From Bugula neritina (Eukaryota; Animalia; Bryozoa), in contig OZ037767.1 in NCBI GenBank assembly GCA_964035545.1, positions 21,468,628 to 21,532,627 of the forward strand: a stretch of DNA of 64,000 bases. Reading direction: 5' to 3'. Below are positions 1 through 12,700 of the stretch, one piece after another. Under the pieces are notes generated by a model. The model worked only from the letters and a program-made list of their open reading frames with translations. It searched no databases and was not told the origin of the DNA. Every line of letters begins with the position of its first letter. Within the stretch, counting starts at the first letter, position 1. The position numbers and the translations under genes are program-made.

Positions 1-34
1 ACCTATATATTCAACAACAAATTTATGCTTATAT

Positions 35-250
35 AAAAACTCATGCAAGTTTATAGTCGTCATCCCTATGAGAAACCCCTGATGGAAGGGTTTTTTTGTT
101 AAATCAGGCTAAGGACTTATCCATATGTGGCACAGGAGCAATTATGACCGGATGCTCTTCCTAAACATCACCAATGGCCTTTATCCTTCGAACCCATGAC
201 TTCATGTTTACTAAGTCTAACACTCTAACCCCTAGACCACTGCTGCTCCC
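35..250 (-). mobile_element. tRNA-derived SINE, copy 1
   Basis: The minus strand begins GGGAGCAGCAGTGGTCTAGGGGTTAG (A box) ... GGGTTCGAAG (B box), followed by GGAAGAGCATCCGG, which resembles a conserved V-type SINE core. A clearly homologous copy lies at 14225-14434. Confidence 0.8.
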
Positions 251-333
251 TTTCTGCTTATATGTTCAAGGCATGGCGTGTGTTGAACCATTGAAACATA
301 ACTCTAGCTACTGATAATGCTGATACTTTGCAG

Positions 334-3300
334 AATGTTTTTCCACCAATGCTGCCATAGAAGTTGGCAACTTGTGTCACAACAAGAGGGCCTGCAATAT
401 TAAAGCCAATGCTGAAAACTTTGGTAGTTTTTGTCCAAACATTGGGAAATATCTCAAAGTCACCTACAGTTGTGGTAAGAATGGTTATTTTGAAAAAATA
501 TGTAGTCTTATTCGTATGTACCATATGTAGTGGTGTGTGTAGTAGTGTGTGTATTACTGTATGTAGTAGTGTACTTGGTACTGTGTGTAGTACTGTGTAG
601 TGCTATGTATGTAGTATTGTATATAGTAGTGCTGTGTGTGATACTGTGTGTATTCAACAGTGATAAATCGCTGACTAAGTTATTACCCTATAACCATGTG
701 ATCTGAGCATAATCTGAAATACATCATATTTACTATTAGTAACTGTAGTGTTGTTGAACCAATAACTGGGTGTTTTAGTGGATGCTACAAACTTGTATCA
801 ATGTTTGGATTCATATAGCCCTGCAAGTTTTGTGCATTGAGAGTCAAGAGAAAAGTCAATACTATATCATTAGATTGTTTGTTTTCTTGTTGACTCTAGA
901 TGCCAGCTATTAAATCTTAACACAGTAGCATAATAGATTCTGCACTCCATTCTACAACATTGGGAGCTGCTTTGTGGGCTTTAATTCGAATCTACTACTA
1001 ATTTATGTTTTTATTTCAGTACCAAAAGGGCTTGTGAAACCAGACACAGCAGTCAAGGTTTCTCCTCTGAAAGGTGAGTACCATGTATATACAACATGAT
1101 ATGTATTGGTTGTTATATTAAAATGAACTCCTAGTGAGTTACAGTGAGACTAGTGAGTCATAGTGATAGACAAGTGAGTGATAGTGATAGATGAGTAAGT
1201 TACAATGATAGTATATTAGTGAGTCATAGTGATTGATGGTTAAGTGAGTTACAATGATATAAGAGTCGATCATAGTGATAGACTAGTGAGTCATAGTGAT
1301 AGATGAGTAGTTTATAGTGAACATGAGTAAGTAATAGTGATAGATAGTGCAGCACATCTATGGTAATTGGCTGAGTGCACAAATTAGCTTTTCAATCACA
1401 AACATCTGGGGCTACGCTGACATTACTAACACCCAAAGTCAAATGCTGTTCATCTATCAATGGCTGTAAACATTTCAATAATTCTTGCACCTGGTTTTGA
1501 TTATGATGCCTTGTTTATATATATGTTACTTTTGTTGTCAAGCTAAGTACTCACAGCAGGTGTTGTGTGCCCCTTGCTTATCTCTATGCAGTGCATGCTC
1601 AGTTCTTTATCCTGGACTAATTCTAACAAACTTAAATGTGCCAGCAGCCGATAAAGATTTTCTGTCAATTAACTTACATTATAATTTTCCCTGTGAAGTA
1701 TGGTTTCATTTCTCCATAGACAGACAACTTCTCATGTTACTAGTGCCAGTTGAAAAATCTGCAATCCTGCAGGTACTGCAATAAGCCTTTTAAATTTTAT
1801 TTTATTAAAGTTGTTGTAATGAAAGTTTAGTTATAATCAGAGTTCGTCAAGTCTGACTATGGATGTTTACGCTGTTGGCAGTTCTGCTATAATCGTAAAT
1901 AGGTATATCTTGTACCCCTTAATTTTGATCACTGGTTCATACTAGTGTTGTAACAGTTAATACTAGAGAGTAGAGTAGTAGTAGTAGTTGATAGCAGGGT
2001 AGTAGTTGTAAATACTAGAATAGTACATGGTAGTTAATACTAGTGTTGTAGTAATTAACACTAGAGTAGTAGTTTATGTAGTGTGTTACGATTTAACAGT
2101 TTATTTCAATTAATTAGATATGGGAATAGTTTTTAGTTTAATGTTCTTTTCTACTGTATTCACTTCAATAAAATTTGCAGTAGTTATATTCACCTGCCCA
2201 TGTCAACAGTTGGTATCACTATGATATAGTAGTGCTAGTATCACTATGATATAGTAGTGCTAGTATCACTATGATATAGTAGAGTAGTGAGTGTTAGTAT
2301 CACTATGATGTGGTAGAGTAGTGAGTGTTAGTATCACTATGATATAGTAGAGTAGTGAGTGTTAGTATCACTATGATGTGGTAGAGTAGTGAGTCTTAGT
2401 ATCACTATGATATAGTAGAGTACTGAGTGTTAGTATCACTATGATAAGCAGTGAAGGTTTGCACGTTACAGATTCTATGCTGGAAGATGCAGGATGTAAC
2501 TGTACTCAAGTAGTACAAGCTGATCACAAGCACACACCTTCTGACTCCACTCTTGTGTTTGGATGGGTACACTCTGTCTCTTACATTCGAGGTGAGGTGT
2601 TGTTTCACTCACATAAACCACGCTATAAAGACTGAGTATTTCCACTGTGTGCTGCTTTTTGGAGACACTGATTATGATATTTCCCCACATCGTGTAATAT
2701 ATAAACACCCTATATGCACCGTTTGTAGCCAACCAAGAGAAGATAATCCTTTATGGCATGCTGTGTGGTTGCCTGGCCTTTATTTGTGCTCTCGTAGCAT
2801 TTATTGCTAGAATGTTCTATGTAAGATACAGAAAAGTTCATCAACTGGCTGGTCAACAGAAGCTGAATGTCACTGAAACTAATGTGCAAGTACGGTGACC
2901 TCTATACTACCTTCTATGCTTTCCTCTTTACTACCATCTGTATTGTCATCTATGCTTGCCTCCATCCTATGCACTCTACTATCATAAATAATACCCCCTG
3001 TAATATCTCTACCCTCCCCACTATACTACCCGCTATAATGTCTCTATGCTGTTCACTGTACCTGCTACCTTTTATGTTATCCTCTATACTACTCTCTATA
3101 TGATCTACTATGATATCTACTATAGTCTACATTATCCTCTTATTAAGTTTAGCACATGATATATCACACTGTAGTGATGTAATATAACTGCAGGACACAA
3201 GTAATGAAGAGAACACATACATAGCTGCAGCAGATCCATCGGATATGATGCAATACAACTTGGGGTACAGGAGTGAGGTCACCAACAGACTGAATAGTGG

Positions 3301-3652
3301 GCCCAACTCATACCGAGGCTCCAGTGCCAATCGAGTGTACAATAACTCCCTCGAAACTCCCCGATTCAACACCAACAGTCTTACCGTCACAAACCCTTTA
3401 CATGGTAGTGAAAACCGTCGGAACTTTAATCATTCTCCCCTAACAACCACCAGTACAGCCATGAACAACTCCCCCAACACGGCTGTCAGTGAAAACAGGA
3501 ACACCTACTACGAGAACAGTGCTGACGATGAGCATACTAATGATGATAATGACCCAATGCTATGTAAAAGTCACTCTATCATATATAATCAGCCAGACAG
3601 CGGTCCCGATGTTAGACCTAGAACTAACTCTTTATTCGACCGTCACAGCTGA
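334..3652 (+). CDS. EVA1C: EVA-1/EVA1C-like single-pass SUEL (rhamnose/galactose-binding lectin) receptor, 3' exons; 5' end lies outside the window
   Basis: Phase-compatible GT-AG exons 334-474, 1020-1073, 2472-2591, 2729-2889, 3194-3652. They encode CHNKRACNIKANAENFGSFCPNIGKYLKVTYSCVPK (SUEL C-terminus), YIRANQEK (compare EVA1C YIRAHPER), TM helix IILYGMLCGCLAFICALVAFIARMFYV then RYRK, and a low-complexity cytoplasmic tail. Confidence 0.85.
2213..2444. repeat. Intronic minisatellite (tatcactatgatatagtagagtagtgagtgttag-type unit)
   Basis: About 8 visible imperfect tandem copies running up to the 3' end of the intron. Confidence 0.9.
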
Positions 3653-4024
3653 TATTACGCCGGAGAGGGACACCAGGAGAAAGAGGCTATAGTGGCAGCC
3701 ATAGCTGAAGCAAAGCGTAAGTTGGCAGTCAGTCAACTGAAGCCGCATCAGCAGGCCTCGCAAGAGAAGAAAATTCCATATATAGATGAAGAGTCATCTA
3801 GTGGTACTTCTTTCTCTCACGCCACTTACAGCGTCTCATCTCAGTCCAGCGTGTCTCTCTCCGCCCAAATAGAAGCGGCTCCTCCGGTGCCACCCAAACG
3901 CTATTATGCTAAACTAGATGTCAAATTTCCTGGATCTGTGCGCTCTTCCATCAATAACAATGACTCATTAGATACCTCTAACTATGGTGATAGATTTGCC
4001 ACTATCCGCTCCACAGCTGTGTAG
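3653..4024 (+). CDS. In-frame 123-codon extension beyond the EVA1C TGA, ending ...IRSTAV*
   Basis: Same frame as 3194-3652 (AGC TGA TAT TAC GCC...). Open to TAG at 4022-4024. Contains PPVPPKR and a terminal T-x-V. Confidence 0.6.
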   Translation, partial: YYAGEGHQEKEAIVAAIAEAKRKLAVSQLKPHQQASQEKKIPYIDEESSSGTSFSHATYSVSSQSSVSLSAQIEAAPPVPPKRYYAKLDVKFPGSVRSSINNNDSLDTSNYGDRFATIRSTAV

Positions 4025-5067
4025 TCACGCTGGTAACCATGATGGCTTTACGACAACCACTCACCACATGTATTCCCTTGTCTACGCTTCTTACCAAAAT
4101 TTTCATTCCAAGTAATCTGAAATTGTCCAAATTATGCTGCCATTCTATAAAGTATGGGATTTTTTGCTTCATCATTTACCACTGAATTAAGGCTGCGTAA
4201 TGTGTACTCCTCATAATATTTAATCAATGTATAAAAAACTGAAATGTCAGGGCATTTAATCTTGTAGTACTTTCTTTTATTTTTATACTGTTTTTTACTC
4301 GGACATCTGGTCATACTTTTAGTTTCTTAAACTGTACTTAAAATAAATTAATAAATTGGGTTAACCAACCACCATAGTTTGAATTACTATTTATTATTAA
4401 AATTAGAGTAAGTTTCAGCCTATACTTTCATAAGTTTAACATGGTAAAATTGGTAAGAGTTGAGCTTGTTTATTATATCATTATATTGTAACTGAAAAGC
4501 AATAAGAATCTGGCATTCGATTTAACTGGAAAATAATACTTGCATGTCCACCTCATTGACCTGTGGAATGAAAGTATGACCCTAATAGAAAGATAGAATG
4601 CAACAATCACTTTACTTAATGTGAATAATCATGTGACTGCAACCACATTTGTCTGTGCAAAATTATTAGTAAATAGAGTATTTTAATTCAAATAACATTT
4701 GCTCTCTTGTATACAGACACTTGCATGCAGATACATACTACAGTAACGGTAGCTTCAAAGTTTAAACGATCAAAAAAATAGAAGCAGTTGAACTATTATA
4801 AAGTTTATTCGAACCATAAATATTTATTCCGTCTGCAAAAACACAATTTCCAAAAACTAGTGAACAGTGACGCCAAAAGTTTAATCCGACTTGAATAAAT
4901 CTTTTACAGTTCAAAACTCTCTAATAACTGCTTAGCATTATATTTAGTAGCATTATTGAGTAATAACATCTAAACATATAATTTCACGTCCATTTAGCGT
5001 TGGAGGAATGTGAGCTGGCCCGTTATACATGGACATACTCAATCTGGTGATGAGTGAGCAAGGTCTC

Positions 5068-7004
5068 CTAGTCTAATACGTTAGATGACTTGGACGAACT
5101 TTTTCTGGAACTTCTTCTTGTACCTGGTTGAGAACTGGAAGGAGTAGGTTGGGCAGAGGTTAGGAGTCTCCCAGATAGTTTGTCCCAATCTAAAGATGAG
5201 AGAAAAGTTGCTACAGTTACTAATTGTGCATGAGCAAAAAAACTAGCCCATAAACCAGGGATTAGCCCCAGGACTTGCCTATAATCTCAGATGGCCTCTT
5301 GCTATGATGAACAGACTTGAGAGAGCTGGAGATGGCATTCTGCTCAGCTACAGATGGAGTGACGGAGCGTCTCGTTTCTGTGTGGTATTTCGTGACAGTA
5401 CCATCTAAGTTTGTAACTTTCTTATTCTCTTCAATGATTTCCTCCACAACATTCGGATCTTCTACTGGGTTGACGCTAGGGTCTGGAACAGCCCTGGAAG
5501 TAATAGTGTAGTTAGAGTATAGTATATATATAGTATAATATATAGCATAATATATAGTATAGTGTATAGAATAGTGTATAGTATATTGTATAATATAGTT
5601 TATAGTATGGTGTAGTATAGTATAGACTATAGTGTATGGCATAGTGCATAGCATAGTGCATGTGGTATAGTGTATATCATAGTATATAATATAGTGTGTA
5701 GTGTAGTGTATAGCACAGTGTATAATATATAGAATAGTGTATAGTATAGTGTGTAATACATAGTATAGTGTATAGTATATAATATAGTGTATAGTATATA
5801 CAATAGTAGAGTATAATAGTATAGTATACTGTATAGTATAGTATAGCATAGTATATAGTATAGTCTAGTATATAGTATAGTCTAGTTACATATCACATAG
5901 AATAGTATATAGTAGATTAGTAGTAGGTATAATATAGCTATCAGAGACAACACTCACTCAGGGTTGCTACTGGAGGCCTTTCTGCTGTGTACAATACTGC
6001 TGATCTGTAACACAGGAAAGGTATAGAATAAAGAGTATGCAATAAGTAGTTGTCAAAATCAAGGGCCGGTCAAGTGATGCATGAAAAAAGATTTGCCCCT
6101 TGCAAAGATTACCAAGAAACTCAATGTTGACAAAATAACATGAATCAGCCGTAAAGAAATAAAATATAAAACATAGAATTTAAGATAGAATTGAGAATAG
6201 AACAATCGTGATGTAGAATATCCAAAGCATGAGTCAAAATATAGACTGTATGAAGTAGAGTATAGACTGCATAAAGTAGAATATAGACAGTATGAATCTC
6301 AACACAGACTGTATAAAGTAGTATATAGACTGTATGAAGTAGAATATAGACAGTATGAAGCAGTATATAGAAAGTATAAAGTAGTATATAGACTGTATGA
6401 AGTAGAGTATAGACTGTATGAAGTAGAATATAGATTGTATGAACCAGAATATAGACTTATGAACCAGAATATAGAATGTATGAAGTAGAATATAGACTGT
6501 ATGAAGTAGAACATAGACTGTATGAAGTAGAGTATAGAAAGTATGAAGTAGAATATAGATTGTATGAAGTAGAATATAGAATGTATGAAGTAGAGTATAG
6601 ACTGTATGAAGTAGTATATAGATTTTATGAAGTAGTATATAGAATTTGTAGTATTAAACAAACTGTTGATGATTTTCTTGACTCTGATGGTACTTTAGTC
6701 TTTTTAACAGAAATTAGCACTAAGCTCGGTTCTCCGTTTCCTGGCGGTGGACGCGGCACAGTTGGTGGAGGAGGTGGAAGTATCTCTGGCTTAGGCTGAG
6801 GTGCTGGTGGTGGCATAATAACCTTGACCTCAGTAGGGGGTGGAGCCTGTTGATAAGGATTGTTCTAGCATCAAAGTAGTTTTATATTTGTATATATATT
6901 TGATATCTATTGTATACACATATATGGTATGTGATGTGTGTATTGTATATTCGTGTTGTATTTTAGACAAATGATATATATTAGTGATATATGCTATATT
7001 TTAG

Positions 7005-7077
<73 letters not shown>

Positions 7078-9141
7078 GATATATGCTAAATATTAGTAAT
7101 TTATTATGATATAATATATAGATTATATATCCTATACACTAGTGATAAAGTATTCTAGTGACGTAGAGAATTATCAGCACACCTTTGTTACGGAAGCCCC
7201 AGATGGTGGTTGTATAAACACAACTTGTGGCTGTGAAGGTCGGGCTGGCTGAGGGGCAGGAATAAAGATTGGCTGTGGAACAGCTACAGGCACTGGTTGG
7301 TAGATGACGTTGGGAGGACCAGCCTTCAACGTATAGCACATAAAAATGAGTATTATACTCTAAGGTTATGTGGTAACAAGAGTGTGAGGTCATGTGACTA
7401 CTAACTGTGAGGTCATGTGACTACTAAGTGTGAAATCATGTGACTACCAAGTGTAAGGTCATGTGACTACTATCTGTGAAGTCATGTGACTGATACGAGG
7501 TCATGTGACTACTAAGTGTGAAATCATGTGACTACTAACTGTGAGGTCATGTGACTACCAACTGTGAGGTCATGTGACTACTAAGTGTGAAATAATGTGA
7601 CTACCAAGTGTGAGGTCATGTGACTACTTTGAGGTCATGTGATTACTACGAGGTCATGTGACTACTACGAGGTCATGTGACTACTAACTATGTTACCATA
7701 TAACATAGTGATGAACTCACAGAAGCTGGAGGAACACTTGGTATTGAATTCTTTCCTTTCTGAGCATCTTTCTTCGCTTTAGCCTTAGATCGGTCTTTAT
7801 AAATATACTTCACTTTTCTGCAGACATAAAAAATCTTTTGACAGAAAGAAGTGCTATCGTTATATGCCTTAGGTTACCAGAGGCTTATTGAAAAACCTTT
7901 TGTTCATCAATACCATCACCATGTAACAGGGTTCATAGAACAGTTATCCAGGGTCAAACTAGAGACCATGTTAGTGATATGTAACTCATGAGTGAATGAC
8001 AGTAATGAGTTTTTACTTACTGTAGATTCAAGTTTAACATCTTGTATTTCGACAAAGCGATTTGTATGCTATAAGCAAGGAGGAGAGCCTTTGGGCCCTC
8101 ATCTATAAACTGATCAAACTTGAGATGCATTGACGTGGGCTCTGGGGTTATGTATCCAATATCTCGGTTCTTTAATACAGTGCTTATCTGCAAGGTGGAG
8201 AAGTAGGTGGGGCTAACACAATTACTTGTATACTCACAGAATCATACAAGTAGGTGGAGCCAACACAACTAATAGCGAATCATAAAAGTAGGTGGAGCTA
8301 ACACAGCTAACAGCAGAAAAATACAAGAAGGTGGAGCTAATGCAACTAATAGCAGCATTACACAAGTAGGTGGGGCTAACACAGCTAACAGTAGAATCAT
8401 GCTAGTAGGTGGAGCTAGTCATACCCTGTAGGTAGGTGGACCAAAGCAGTTGAGAGTTCCAATATTTGTCCTGTTAGCCACATAAATGGGAATTTTGTGA
8501 TGATCGTAAAAAACCTGGTCCTTAACTATGCCAATCGGCTTTTTAATGTTGACATAGGTATCCAGTTGCTGTAAAATATTTTCACACTTCAATTCACCTA
8601 ACTATATGCAGTTATATGTTGAATCAAAAGATTTTCTCAAAGTCTACTTTGTTGCAAGGTAAGAAATAAACAAAAACTTGTAAAGCTATATAATGAATTA
8701 GTAATTCTTACACCAATTCCATTCCAGCCATGAATACAGAACCTCACAATACCATATTTATCCTTCACAATGATGTCTTCCCTGAGAGAAGTAATTTCAG
8801 CAGTGAAAAACTGCTTGTTGTCTACGACATCTATGATTTCAATATACTTGATGCCTTGTCGATCAAAACCTACACCATTACATAATGGCTGTCAATATGA
8901 TATGGAAAGTTACCCTGCCACTATAACTGTGATGGAGTTAGACTATGTAACTATGGTAGAGCTAGACTATGTTAGTGTTACTATGATTAAACACAAGTAA
9001 ATCTGAAACTGACTTACCTATAGGGCTAACTCTACACTCTTCAATATGATAGAGGTAACTAAGCCCACGAAACACAAACTCTGGCTTGCCCACAGGCCTA
9101 GGGCTAGTAGGTGCAGCCTTCTCGTCCTTTGCTTCTACCAT
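5068..9141 (-). CDS. Scramblase/Tubby-LURP-fold protein with Pro/Ser-rich C-terminus (about 471 aa, 10 exons)
   Basis: Phase-consistent exons 9141-9018, 8869-8712, 8568-8425, 8187-8021, 7817-7721, 7323-7183, 6864-6664, 6004-5958, 5493-5279, 5189-5068. The beta-rich N-terminal domain ends LKFDQFIDEGPKALLLAYSIQI, like the scramblase terminal F..D...KA.LL helix. The fold assignment is inference. Confidence 0.65.
5510..5935. repeat. Low-complexity tatag/tagtg intron fill
   Basis: Degenerate 5-7 bp units fill the intron between exons 6004-5958 and 5493-5279. Confidence 0.85.
6240..6645. repeat. 21-bp minisatellite (tatagactgtatgaagtagaa)n in intron
   Basis: Translates as a YEVEYRL 7-aa period and abuts the donor at 6663. 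Confidence 0.95.
7007..7078. repeat. (AT)n microsatellite
   Basis: Directly visible. Confidence 0.95.
7382..7688. repeat. About 20-23-bp minisatellite (tgtgaggtcatgtgactactaac)n in intron
   Basis: About 14 tandem copies. Confidence 0.95.
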
Positions 9142-9797
9142 TCTCAATATATACTATGTTACAGCTTTGATAAACTATCAGAAAGCAGCCCTGAGCACTG
9201 CTTCTACCCACAATCAGCAAAACTCATTACAAAAAATATAGTAACAATAAAACCTAATAACAATTCATTGAGTAACATTTTTCAAATTTTATTTTATTAA
9301 TATGTATTGTTGAATTATTAAATTTTTATACAGAATGTTAAAGTAAAAGAAAGAGCATATTAATGATTATTTATACATTATGTATACAGCAAATAAAAAG
9401 TTCAAACATGCAATACCACGATGACATTTTACTCAAAACTAGAAACTAATGTCTAAAAGTAAAAATATAATAATAAACGCAAGGAAGCAATTGGGTGATA
9501 AAAAATTAGAAACTACCACATATCACAGTACAAAGTTTAAAATTCACACTCAAATCACACCACTAAAATGGAAATGAAGGCAGCAAGAATATTTAAATTA
9601 AACACAAGGTGTTGCTAACATCACTATCCAAAAGCTGCAAATAGTACATTTTACTATATACTCGTAAATAATGAATCGAAATTACTGCTACAGAGTGTAA
9701 GTAAAATTATCCACTTATAAATCTCACCTAGCATCTTTTAATAGTAAGTTAGTCACTAATAGTTAATGAGTCACTGAGTGTTGTGTGAGTCACTAAA

Positions 9798-12700
9798 TTA
9801 ATGAATTGGTGTTTTATTGAGTAGTTGGGATTGAAACTGCATTGAGTGACTCATACCCAGGAGCTGATTTGTGATGTTTTTTATCTCTCTTTTGTAAAGA
9901 GTTGTTTGGTCGAGTTCACGACTACTCACAGCAACTGAAGCTTTAGACTTTCTAGCTAAATCTTCAGCCTCAGCCATTGTCTGCAATAACATATAGAATA
10001 GCAGCCTGACTTTATATACTGGACAACTGCTTTCATGAAATGATAAGTTTTAGTATTATCCAATGTTGGCCCAAACATTCTAACATTACATGCTTTTATT
10101 GAAAGTTAGTATATATGTACACCCTCAGCAAAAGTTGAATAAATATTTTTTAAAAAGCGAACTCTATTTTGTTATCTGATTCTCATGTACACCTAATGCC
10201 ACCTGTAGCTAGAAAAGAGAAAACAAATCTTAGGCAAACAGATTCTACAGGTTATCCTAAAAAAGACCTACATACCATCGTAAATTTAGATTTGAGTCTC
10301 TTAGTCTCATTGGCGAGATCTACGTTTCTACCGAGAGGCAATTTGAGAGGACGTTGATGAACCCATCCTTTCAAGCAATGCTGTAAATGTATTACTAACA
10401 TGTATATAACTTAAAGCAAACAACATGTAGCAATACCTACTCATGAAACAAATTATTTCAAGATTGGAGATAAACTAATTCAAACAATTGGTTTTTTCAC
10501 CAGTCAAAAATTATAACTTCTATTATGATCTTTTATTAAATTGAGAATGAATATAGCCTGTGATAAGCTGTACCTTTGATAAGGCGACGGAATCAGCAGG
10601 ATTGAAACTTTTCCTCCTGTGGGGTTTGACTTTGTGAGGTGAACTAAGGGTACATCGAGGTATGCTCACCCTAAATGCACAAATTTAATCTAAATGTCAT
10701 AGAAACTCAACTAGTATCAATTACCATGAAATTTCAATCACCTGTCACTATCGCTCAACTACTGCTATCTGTAACTACCACTCAACTACCATCACCTGTC
10801 ACTCACCTTACAAATCCAGGAGAAGTAGTGGAAGGCAAGTGTTTTTTCTTGTTGCAGACAGCGCACCTGCTAGCACCTGACTTGTCACTATTCACTGGTA
10901 CTGCATATAGCCTAGGATTGACAGTGAAACTGTGAATACCTGTTAAAACACGGCCAGTGTACAAAATATGATATATGCTATTGCATAGTTCATAAGCTGA
11001 CTCGATTACAGAAGCATGAGGCACAACTCGCTAGCTGACTTACACGTATGATTGGGAGACGCTGTCTCTGATATGATTGGTTGAATATTGTCAGTGTCGA
11101 CTAATGACAAGTGACCATAACTACAAAATTTAAATAAAATATTCCAGATGAACTCAGCTGCATGCAGACCATCATAAGCATAGTTGTAGAGAAAAGGTTT
11201 GTTACTGTTTACCGTTATTTACTAGCTAGTTACGCAAAGAGAGCTAACCTGCCACCTTGACCGGATATGACATCATTCCTACACTCGTCACTGTGGAGTC
11301 GTCTGAACTCCTTCAACTCTCTGAAGTATGATTCGTGTTTGTCAGTAACTTCAGACTCAGTGGACTGGTCAAGCAGTGCAGCTATCCAGTCATAGCCCAT
11401 CAGTCTTTGCTTCATCACATTCCGGGTTGGAGTGGTAACTGGAGAGCCTCGAACCTGCACCCAGCAAAGCAAATGAGAAAAATATATAAGTCTTCTCAAT
11501 ACACACATACATACACACGCAAATAATTTTTGAGTAGAAACATGAACCTTGGAGAGTGAGGTTGGAGTTGACATCGTGTTGTGATCACTAGATGTCTTTT
11601 CTACTTGATCACGGATCGATGACTGACTGGCACTGGAGCGGATGTTGTCAACTTTGGAGCGCAGAATACTGATGTCACCATCAGATCTATTTTGACAATC
11701 CGAGACAAAGGAAACACCTTTCAACTCTTCAATTTCTAACAATGAACAAATAAAGCAGAAGTATTAAAAACAATATTAGTAGCAGTAGTATAGTAGTAGC
11801 AGTAGCAGCAACAGCAGTAGTAATATTAGTAGCAACAGCAGTAGTAATAGTAGTAGCTGCAGCAGTAGTAATAGTAGTAGCAGCAGCAGTAGTAATAGTA
11901 GTAGCAGCAGCAGCAGTAATAGTAGTAACTGTTACCTGTTTTCTCAGCAGTAGGCAATCTCCTACCAACAGACTTTAGGCAGACATTCTCACTCTGATGT
12001 GATTTAGCCTTAGAGGGATTCTTAGCCCGAGTCCTCGTACGTTTTGCCCGATCCATCCAACCGGGTGTATGAGCAAACTTTGACTCAACCTGCCAGTAAA
12101 GCTAGTAAGTATAATTTTTGTCTCATATTTCACCGTAATATTTGACATAACTAGTAGAAAGGTGATTACTTGTCTACTCTCATTTTTCTTACCTGAACAT
12201 TGCTGTCAATCAGCTTCCGGTGCTTCAGTATAGATTTGGGTGTTTCATAGACAGATTTTGTGCTCTTAGCAGCAGGTGGGGTGTGGGTTGTGTTAGTCAC
12301 ATTCTTGAGTGATGCCCTTTAGCAAAGACTTAATGGTAATAAATTATAGGACAAAAAGAAGACTTGAAAAAAATTCTTGTAAGTTAAAAAAGGGGTGCCA
12401 GAAACAATATTTTGTATACTAAAAGAGAAATATTAGAGATAATATTATATGTACTAGAAAAGAAATATTTAAAGACAATATTCTATATATTAGAAGAGAA
12501 ATATTTGAGAATATTATATATATAAAAAAGAGAGGTATTGGAAAAAGAAGGCTATATAGATACTATATAGATAATATATATACTATATAGGTACTATATA
12601 GACACTGACCTTGGAGGGTCAAGGTTTCCAATGGTGTCATTGAGAGGAGGACAACTCTCTTCACCTACCATTTCCTCAGCTAATAATGAAAATCCCAATG

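Noticed and set aside
175-250. tRNA gene
   Set aside because: A and B boxes are present but continue into a SINE body repeated at 14225; no complete cloverleaf was seen.
4030-4110. Possible SECIS making the EVA1C TGA a selenocysteine
   Set aside because: ATGA...AA is present, but there is no correctly spaced GA quartet partner or stem. The TGA also lies in a disordered tail rather than a redox motif.
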